Assembly (NCBI GenBank): GCA_041641295.1
Contig: JBEPYO010000001.1
Coordinates: 96,001-160,000, forward strand
DNA: 64,000 nt
DNA from: Nitrososphaerota archaeon
Lineage (GTDB): Archaea > Thermoproteota > Nitrososphaeria_A > Caldarchaeales > Calditenuaceae
Direction of reading: 5' to 3'
Shown one piece after another: positions 57,235 through 64,000 of the stretch. Both the position numbers and the translations under genes were made by a program. Each line of letters starts with the position of its first letter. Within the stretch, counting starts at the first letter, position 1. The notes under the pieces are model-generated. The model was not told the origin of the DNA. It searched no databases and saw nothing but the letters and a program-made list of their open reading frames with translations.

Positions 57235-59266
57235 ACACTTGCCTCATACTCTTCCCCAACTCATCGAGACTGCTGGTGGGCAGCAGGCATTTGAAGCCAC
57301 GGCAGAAGTAGTAGGTGGCGCCCTCCCCCACTGCATCTTTCCCCTCCCATAAGCTCTTCAATGCCTCTGACCTGGAAGCGGAGATGACGACGTATGGCTC
57401 AAACATTTTTGAAGCGAGCTGGCAGAGGTGTTGCCAGGGATCACCTGTTGTGGCTATCACGAGCTGGCCTCCTGAATCTAATATGTAGGGGATGGCGGAT
57501 ATGAGTGAGATATGACTTAGGGGGTCGTCTTGAAGCCTCTGCCACGCCGCCTTCAATGCTTCACGCGCGGGCTGGAAAAACCTCTCCTCACCTGTCAGAA
57601 GATGGAGCTGGGCGAGTAGGTGGACTGCAGCCGCGTATCCGCTAGGGTATGCGTGGTCCTCTATGGATACGGGTCTTATGGGTGTGTCAGGGTCTGGCTG
57701 CGTGTCATAGAATCCTCCCGACTGAGAGGCGAATTTTTCAAGGATGTCGTCCGCGAGGCTAAGGGCTGCGTCGAGGTACCTGTTTCTCCCGGTCCACTGA
57801 TAGAGGTCTAGAAGACCCCACCCCATCAGGGCATAGTCCTCAAGTAGCCCTCGAGCCTCTGAAGGCCCATCTCTCCAATACCTCTTCAGCTCTCCGTCAG
57901 AGTAGAGTTCCTTCAGTATGAAGTTCGCCGCATCCGTTGCTGCTTTAGACAGGTCTTGGTCTGCTGTGGCTGCCGCGGCGTAAGAGAGCCCGCTCAAGAG
58001 GATGCCATTCCATGATGCGATAACCTTGTCGTCCACCGCAGGTCTTTGCTTCGCCCTCCTAAGCTCCCCCAGCTTTCTGCTGATGTAGTTTAGGGCGCTG
58101 AAAAGGTCCATGCCTAGGGTATCTGAGAGTTTTTCAAGGTTGGAGGGGAGCCTGATGACATTCAGTCCATGCCCAAAGTTTCCAACGGGGGTGCAGCCAA
58201 GCATTCTCGCGACCTCGTCGCCCAGAGCCCCTGCAACCTCATCCCAACTATACAGGTAGTATCCGCCTTCAACTCCTCCGCTCTCGGCGCTCAGGGCGGA
58301 GTAGAAGCCGCCCCCCTCCGACCTTAGTTCTGAGATGAGCCAGCGCGAGGTATCCCTAACAACGTAGCGGTACAGGGGTCTCTTAGTTGCGGCCCAAGCC
58401 TCAGCATAGAGTCTGAGGAGCATTCCATTGTCGTAGAGCATCTTTTCGAAGTGGGGTATTGTCCATGCACTGTCAACCGCGTACCTGTGGAATCCTCCCC
58501 CCACGTGGTCGTATATTCCGCCGAGGAAAATAGCGTCAAGCGTCCTCTCTACTATCCTGAGAGCCATGGACTCGCCCTTCAGCCTCCAGTAGCGGAGTAA
58601 GAACAGGTAGTTTGTGGGCGTCGGGAATTTTGGAGCCCCTCTTATCCCACCGTTCTCGTCATCAAATATGAGGACAAGCTGGTCGTACGCCATGTCCAAA
58701 GCATCCATATTCACCTCCACCTCTCCACCCGCCCTGATGGAGAGTGAGCTGGAGACAAGCTCGAAGAGGTTGCTACCGCTGTTCAGAACCTCAGCCCTCC
58801 TCTTTTCCCAGGCCTCCTTGACTGCTAAGAGCACATCTTTGAAGCTCGGTAAGTTATATCGCGGCTCGGGTGGAAAGTAGGTGCCGCCGAAGAAGGGCTT
58901 CAGATCGGGTGTTAGAAAGACGGTGAGCGGCCAGCCACCCTGACCCGTCATCAATATCACAGCCCTCATATAGATGGCGTCGATGTCCGGCCTCTCCTCC
59001 CTATCCACCTTGACAGGTACAAAATACTTGTTGAGGATGTCGCTGATGGTGCGGTTCTTAAATGACTCTCTCTGCATCACGTGGCACCAATGGCAGGAGA
59101 GGTATCCGATGCTTAGGAAGATGGGTTTATCCTCCTCTCTCGCCTTCCTGAAGGCCTCCTCTCCCCACGGGTACCAGTCAACCGGGTCGTCAGCGTGGAG
59201 CTGTAGATACGGGCTCTTACTGTCTGCCAGCCTGTTTACCCTACGCCGAGCAGCATCTCCAGACAA
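57227..59266 (-). CDS. Thioredoxin-domain / six-hairpin protein (YyaL/SPATA20, DUF255)
   Basis: [13 protein letters not shown]...[30 protein letters not shown]. Confidence 0.95.
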   Translation of the reverse strand: MSGDAARRRVNRLADSKSPYLQLHADDPVDWYPWGEEAFRKAREEDKPIFLSIGYLSCHWCHVMQRESFKNRTISDILNKYFVPVKVDREERPDIDAIYMRAVILMTGQGGWPLTVFLTPDLKPFFGGTYFPPEPRYNLPSFKDVLLAVKEAWEKRRAEVLNSGSNLFELVSSSLSIRAGGEVEVNMDALDMAYDQLVLIFDDENGGIRGAPKFPTPTNYLFLLRYWRLKGESMALRIVERTLDAIFLGGIYDHVGGGFHRYAVDSAWTIPHFEKMLYDNGMLLRLYAEAWAATKRPLYRYVVRDTSRWLISELRSEGGGFYSALSAESGGVEGGYYLYSWDEVAGALGDEVARMLGCTPVGNFGHGLNVIRLPSNLEKLSDTLGMDLFSALNYISRKLGELRRAKQRPAVDDKVIASWNGILLSGLSYAAAATADQDLSKAATDAANFILKELYSDGELKRYWRDGPSEARGLLEDYALMGWGLLDLYQWTGRNRYLDAALSLADDILEKFASQSGGFYDTQPDPDTPIRPVSIEDHAYPSGYAAAVHLLAQLHLLTGEERFFQPAREALKAAWQRLQDDPLSHISLISAIPYILDSGGQLVIATTGDPWQHLCQLASKMFEPYVVISASRSEALKSLWEGKDAVGEGATYYFCRGFKCLLPTSSLDELGKSMRQVSS

Positions 59267-59334
59267 TCTACCTCTTGCAAATCCATCATAACTTATTAAA
59301 CTCTCCAGAACTAAATACTCTCAGGTAGTCTCGA

Positions 59335-59883
59335 TTGATGGAGATAAACGGCTACGTGTCCGGCATAAGGCCGCGGCGGGCGGGAAAAACAATCGTAGTC
59401 GAAGTCTCCATCTCTACGCTCTCCGGTGAAAGCTATGAGGCAGTGCTCCACGACCCGCCCGACTGGCTTGAGATAGGCTCTAAAATCACGTGTAAGATTG
59501 AGCAGATACCTGGCAGGCAGGGAGTAACTTCCGTAATCTCTGAGCTGAAGCTCTCCCTTACCCTGCCTGATATAACTCAGGTCGAGCTCTCCGTGGAGTC
59601 TGTCAGAGAGACGCCAGACGGCAGCCTGGTGGTGGAGGGGAGAAGAGAGGGTGGAGGCTTCTTCAGCTACCTGTTGAAGCCCGAAAACGCCGTCATAGAT
59701 ACTGCAAGCCTCCCGTGCAGGGCCGTTGCCCTAAAAACGCTACAAACTGGTGCCGACCGCGTAATAGCCATCATACCGGTCAAAAACCTCCAGATCATGA
59801 GGAGGGCTAAGGAGCTTATGATGCAGCTCAAGAGGGAGGAAGAGCACAGGCCAGAGCTAGAATTCCTCCCCGGACCACCATAA
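59335..59883 (+). CDS. Hypothetical protein, probably beta-barrel (OB-like) domains
   Basis: Coherent 182 aa ORF behind TATA-like boxes; beta-rich pattern; no family recognised. Confidence 0.6.
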   Translation: MMEINGYVSGIRPRRAGKTIVVEVSISTLSGESYEAVLHDPPDWLEIGSKITCKIEQIPGRQGVTSVISELKLSLTLPDITQVELSVESVRETPDGSLVVEGRREGGGFFSYLLKPENAVIDTASLPCRAVALKTLQTGADRVIAIIPVKNLQIMRRAKELMMQLKREEEHRPELEFLPGPP

Positions 59884-59938
59884 CAGACCTTTGATGGATT
59901 GATAAGTTTTAGTAATACTCGAGGAGCTATTCTCCCAC

Positions 59939-60262
59939 GTGCTAGTTCGGGTCTGTAGCTTGAGGGAGGTCCCGGAGGGCGGGATGATAAGGGTAGACCT
60001 GAATGATAAGGGACTTTTAGTGGCAAAGGTTGGTGGGAGGGTCTACGTTGCTGACGTCTGGTGCACGCATGAGGAGGGCGACCTCAGCCTAGGACTCCTA
60101 GAGGGTGATATTGTCAGGTGCCCACTTCACGGAGCCATGTTCCGACTGGCCGACGGCTCGGTGGTCGAAGGGCCGGAGGGGGAGCCGCCTGAATCAATAC
60201 CTAGCCTCAAAACCTACAAGGTGAAGATTCAGGAAGGCGATATCTATATTGAAGAATTGTGA
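59939..60262 (+). CDS. Rieske-type [2Fe-2S] ferredoxin
   Basis: CTHE...CPLHG motifs, soluble 107 aa. Confidence 0.93.
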   Translation: MLVRVCSLREVPEGGMIRVDLNDKGLLVAKVGGRVYVADVWCTHEEGDLSLGLLEGDIVRCPLHGAMFRLADGSVVEGPEGEPPESIPSLKTYKVKIQEGDIYIEEL

Positions 60263-60338
60263 GGCTCGTATCTCCCGCCAGATATAAAGAAGAGATGGCC
60301 AAGGAAAAGCTATAATAACAGCAAACTCTATTTTTAAT

Positions 60339-61964
60339 GTGCCGAAATACATCTTCGTCACGGGGGGCGTAATATCCTCCGTCGGGAAGGGGACTGTCGC
60401 AGCCTCCATTGGAAAGATACTCCAATCCCGAGGATACAACGTGGATTTTCTGAAGATAGACCCGTACGTCAATGTAGACGCTGGGACGCTGAACCCGTAC
60501 AGCCACGGCGAAGTATTCGTCACAGATGATGGCGGCGAGACAGACCTAGACCTTGGATGGTATGAGAGGTTCCTCGACATACCCATGAGCAGGCTAAACA
60601 ACCTCACAACCGGGCAGGTCTTCCAAGAGGTAATCCGTAGAGAGCGTGCTGGGGAGTATCTTGGCCAATGTGTCCAGATTGTTACTCACGTAACTGATGA
60701 GATAAAGCGTAGAATAAGGCTGGTCGCCGAGAGGAGGGGGGCAGATATAATCATAGTAGAGATCGGAGGGACTGTTGGCGACATCGAGGCTCAGCCTTTT
60801 TACGAGGCCGCCAGGCAGATGAAACTGGAGGAGGAGACGCTATTTGTTCATGTATCGCTCGTCATATATCTCGAGACCACGGGCGAGTTTAAGACCAAGG
60901 CACTCCAGCACAGCGTAAATGAGCTAAGGAGGGCTGGTATACAGCCCGACATTATTGTGGCTAGGAGCCAGAGAATCATCGACGAGGCCACCAGGAGGAA
61001 AATCGCACTCTTCGGCACGCTCCCAAAGGAGGCAGTATTCTGCTCATACGACACAGACGTAATCTATGAGGTGCCCCTCATATTAGACCAGCAAGGACTA
61101 GGAGATTTTATTGTGAAGCACCTATCCCTGAGTAATACCCAGCCTGATTTGTCTGAGTGGCGCAGGATAGTTGAGACCTTCAAGTCGAACGGCCCATTAG
61201 TGAAGATAGCAGTATGCGGTAAATACACGGCGCTGACTGACTCATACATCAGCATCAAGGAGGCCCTCAAGCATGCCTCCGCATACCATAACGCGAGGCT
61301 TGAGATCCTATGGGTTGATGCTGAGAAGGTTGAGCGCGACAGCATTGAGGAAATCTCCAAGCTCGAGGAAGCGCATGGGATACTCGTGCCCGGAGGCTTC
61401 GGTAAGCGCGGGTCTGAGGGAAAGATAATTGCAATAAACCTCGCTAGGACTCAGGATAAACCGTTCCTAGGGATATGTTTTGGCCTACAGATGGCCGTTG
61501 TCGAGTTCGCGAGAAACGTGCTAGGTCTGAAGGGTGCCAACTCGACAGAACATGATCAAGATACTCCGCACCCAGTGATTGATCTTATGCCCGAGCAGCG
61601 CCAGACGGAGCAGAAGGGCGGGACCATGCGCCTCGGCTCGCTCCCAGTAGTTATCAAGAAGGGGACGCTAGCATACAGGCTATACGAGTCGGAGCTAATA
61701 CATCAGAGGCATCGGCATAGATACGAGGTAAACCCCGCGTACCACCAGAAATTAACAGGTGCTGGGCTGGTGTTCTCAGGCCTCTCCCCGGACGGTAACA
61801 GGGTTGAGATAATTGAGCTACCCAGTAAGAAATATTTCATAGCGACACAGTACCATCCGGAGTTCAAGTCGCGGCCAGGAAAACCAGAACCTGTTTTCCG
61901 TGGACTGATTGCAGCGGCGCTGGCTGAAGTTAAAATTAGAGACATGCAAGTTAAGGTTCAATGA
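60339..61964 (+). CDS. pyrG: CTP synthase
   Basis: [46 protein letters not shown]. Confidence 0.98.
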   Translation: MPKYIFVTGGVISSVGKGTVAASIGKILQSRGYNVDFLKIDPYVNVDAGTLNPYSHGEVFVTDDGGETDLDLGWYERFLDIPMSRLNNLTTGQVFQEVIRRERAGEYLGQCVQIVTHVTDEIKRRIRLVAERRGADIIIVEIGGTVGDIEAQPFYEAARQMKLEEETLFVHVSLVIYLETTGEFKTKALQHSVNELRRAGIQPDIIVARSQRIIDEATRRKIALFGTLPKEAVFCSYDTDVIYEVPLILDQQGLGDFIVKHLSLSNTQPDLSEWRRIVETFKSNGPLVKIAVCGKYTALTDSYISIKEALKHASAYHNARLEILWVDAEKVERDSIEEISKLEEAHGILVPGGFGKRGSEGKIIAINLARTQDKPFLGICFGLQMAVVEFARNVLGLKGANSTEHDQDTPHPVIDLMPEQRQTEQKGGTMRLGSLPVVIKKGTLAYRLYESELIHQRHRHRYEVNPAYHQKLTGAGLVFSGLSPDGNRVEIIELPSKKYFIATQYHPEFKSRPGKPEPVFRGLIAAALAEVKIRDMQVKVQ

Positions 61965-62692
61965 GCGAGACAGTCCTCGTCGACGCACACTGCCACGTCC
62001 ACGAGTATAGTGATGAGGAGATCAAGAGTTTCGGGAAGATTAGGATCGCCGGTGTTGCAATGGACTTAGAGTCTTCTGGAGCTACCCTCGAGTTGGCGAA
62101 GAGGTTTAGGAATATTGACCCCTTCGTTGGACTGCACCCTTGGAATCTTCACAAGAACTTTGATGAGCTGGAAAACATAAAGAGGCTTGCGGTTTCTGGC
62201 GGGGCGTCGGGTCTAGGCGAGGTGGGCGTCGACTTGCGATTCGCCAAGGCATCTTTCAAGGAGCAGTTAAAGGTTTTCACTGAAATATGTGAGCTAGCCG
62301 CTGAAAACGGGCTCCCACTAAATGTCCACGCCCTCGGAGGATGGGACTCGGTAGTAAAGACTTGCATAAAGCTAGGCGTGAAGTCCCTCCTACTACATTG
62401 GTACACAGGACCGCCTGAGCTGCTCAAAGAGATCAAGGATGCGAGCTACTTTATCTCGATCAATCCAGCCGTGACAATCCAGCCGAGGCACATGCAGATT
62501 CTCCGGGAAGCCGATATGGACATCATCCTTACTGAGAGCGACGGGCCCTACAACTATAGGGGAATAGAGCTGACCCCGAAAAGCTTGCCTGGGCTCATCA
62601 ACACAATAGCGTCTGTCAAGGGGCTGACAGTGGCGGAGGTGTCCAGCCAGATTTATGAAAACTATCTAAGATTCCTCGGCGCCTCCAAGTGA
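61961..62692 (+). CDS. tatD: TatD-family hydrolase
   Basis: DAHCH, GLHPW, GEVGVD, NVH, LHW, TESDGP. Confidence 0.93.
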   Translation: MSETVLVDAHCHVHEYSDEEIKSFGKIRIAGVAMDLESSGATLELAKRFRNIDPFVGLHPWNLHKNFDELENIKRLAVSGGASGLGEVGVDLRFAKASFKEQLKVFTEICELAAENGLPLNVHALGGWDSVVKTCIKLGVKSLLLHWYTGPPELLKEIKDASYFISINPAVTIQPRHMQILREADMDIILTESDGPYNYRGIELTPKSLPGLINTIASVKGLTVAEVSSQIYENYLRFLGASK

Positions 62693-63583
62693 CCTTGATA
62701 CGATATGGTGAGCCAAGTCCTCCAATACTTTGACAACCGCCTGCGTGCCTAGCGCTCCTTCTCCTCTGGCAACCAATGATTTGAAGAGCTGATGTACAAG
62801 CGCTGTGCCAAGGAGTGGTAGGTTGAGCTCCTGACCTATTTCGAGAGCTATGCGGAGGTCTTTCATCAGATGCTCTGCCTTGAAACCAGGTCTAAAATCT
62901 CTATTGACAATTGCGGGTCCGAGGTTGGCTAGCTGCCACGAGGCCCCCGCCCCAGACGATATGATCTCTATTACCTTGTCGAGGTCTAGGCCCGATTTTG
63001 AGGCAAGTAGGAGGGCTTCACAAGCTCCGAGTAGGGAGAGGGCTACCGATATCTGGTTGCATATCTTCGTCATCTGACCCGAGCCGCTTGGACCCATGTA
63101 GACAATCCTCTGGCCGAGGACTCGTAGTATCGGCTCGGCCTTCTTGAAGACAGCGTAGTCTCCTCCGACCATGATTGCGAGTGTTCCCTGCTCAGCGCCT
63201 ATTGTCCCTCCTGTCACGGGTGCGTCAAGATACCCTACCCCCCTCTCTTTCAAAGTCGCATATATCTCCCTCTCAACCACCGGCGAGATGGTCGACATGT
63301 CTATGACGGTCGAGCCGGGCTTGGCTGCCTGAATGACTCCCCTTTCACCCAGCACCACAAGCCTCACGTCCTTGGAGTCCGGGAGCATCAGGATCGTGTA
63401 GTCGGACTCACTAGCAGTCTCCGCGGGAGAGCCCGCCGCCTCCGCTCCCAGTCTTACAAGCTCCTCGACCGGCCCCCTACTCCTGTTAAACACCTTCAGC
63501 TCGTGCCCCGCGGACAGCAGCCTCTTAGCCATCGGCTTCCCCATCAAGCCGAGGCCGATGAAACCTATCCTGGCCACGGGCAT
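62666..63583 (-). CDS. NAD-dependent beta-hydroxyacid dehydrogenase (tartronate semialdehyde reductase / 3-hydroxyisobutyrate dehydrogenase family)
   Basis: GFIGLGLMG, DMSTISP, DAPVTGG, KICNQ, KDL. Confidence 0.92.
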   Translation of the reverse strand: MPVARIGFIGLGLMGKPMAKRLLSAGHELKVFNRSRGPVEELVRLGAEAAGSPAETASESDYTILMLPDSKDVRLVVLGERGVIQAAKPGSTVIDMSTISPVVEREIYATLKERGVGYLDAPVTGGTIGAEQGTLAIMVGGDYAVFKKAEPILRVLGQRIVYMGPSGSGQMTKICNQISVALSLLGACEALLLASKSGLDLDKVIEIISSGAGASWQLANLGPAIVNRDFRPGFKAEHLMKDLRIALEIGQELNLPLLGTALVHQLFKSLVARGEGALGTQAVVKVLEDLAHHIVSRSLGGAEES

Positions 63584-63632
63584 CGAGGTGTAGCCAAGAC
63601 TATTAATATATCGTCGGGCGGGAACGTGTTCA

Positions 63633-64000
63633 GTGAGGTTGGTTGTAAAGACTTTTGTCCGCTCGATCAGGTCTTGGCTCGGCCGCGTAGAGGTTGCAGC
63701 AAGTGAGGATCACCTGCTCTTTGTGGGTGTGGGTGATGGGGAGGCGGTTGAGTTTTTGCGGGCCTGGGGGCTTCCACCTCCAGCGGGAAGGGGGAGCGGG
63801 TTGATTGAAGAGGCGGAGGCGCAGCTCATCGAGTATTTTGAGGGTAGGCGGAGCTCGTTTAGTCTGCCCGTCAGCTTCTTTGGAACCGATTTTCAAGTCA
63901 GGGTCTGGAAGAAGACTATGGAGATCCCCTTCGGATCAACGCGAAGCTACTCTTGGGTTGCGAAAGAGATTGGCTGTTCTTCGCCTAGGCCTGTGGGCAG
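63633..64000 (+). CDS. ogt: Methylated-DNA--protein-cysteine methyltransferase, 3'-truncated by the window (absent from ORF track)
   Basis: Hand translation from GTG 63633: ...QLIEYFEGRRSSFSLP..GTDFQVRVWKKTMEIPFGSTRSYSWVAKEIG..PRPVG. Confidence 0.88.
   Translation, partial: MRLVVKTFVRSIRSWLGRVEVAASEDHLLFVGVGDGEAVEFLRAWGLPPPAGRGSGLIEEAEAQLIEYFEGRRSSFSLPVSFFGTDFQVRVWKKTMEIPFGSTRSYSWVAKEIGCSSPRPVG

Noticed and set aside
63630-63896. 88-aa minus-strand ORF at the window end
   Set aside because: Antisense to the truncated ogt gene, which carries clear family motifs.
1-64000. CRISPR arrays, IS elements, inteins, rRNA, recoded stop codons
   Set aside because: No regularly spaced repeats, transposase/integrase ORFs, intein-sized insertions or interrupted conserved genes were seen by eye; short C/D-box sRNAs cannot be excluded without a search.

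Overview
Gene-dense archaeal chromosome segment of mostly housekeeping genes. The gene set (crenarchaeal-type arginine decarboxylase, SMC-ScpA-ScpB, Zn-ribbon aRF1, intron-containing tRNA-Tyr) suggests a thermophilic TACK archaeon, probably Aigarchaeota/Caldarchaeales-like; this is inference from protein style, not a database hit. About 65 CDS: ribosomal proteins, aRF1, pelota, aIF-1A, AlaS, SecE/Spt5, PyrG/PyrH/Dcd, SdhCDB, NuoL, A-type ATPase H and C, Top6B, DnaG, NirK-SCO and others, plus tRNA-Tyr(GTA, intron) and tRNA-Thr(TGT). No CRISPR, transposase, integrase or rRNA was seen. Two genes missing from the ORF track were found by hand: secE (44806-44979) and a truncated ogt (63633->64000). 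Best leads: (1) a ~530 bp non-coding locus at 10.2-10.7 kb with inverted/tandem TGTAAGGTWWACCTT boxes and a strand-skew flip, next to an uncharacterised small basic protein (candidate Orc1-less origin or centromere-like site with its own binder); (2) a membrane-anchored three-domain NirK with Asp->Ser at the catalytic position, a divergent Cys-rich regulator and a phased TATGCAAAA array; (3) an SMC with a degenerate hinge carrying a CX4CX2C cluster; (4) two convergent deoxyhypusine synthase paralogs of different subtypes near an arginine decarboxylase; (5) pervasive operon fragmentation and inversion. All calls rest on motif recognition by eye; no searches were run.
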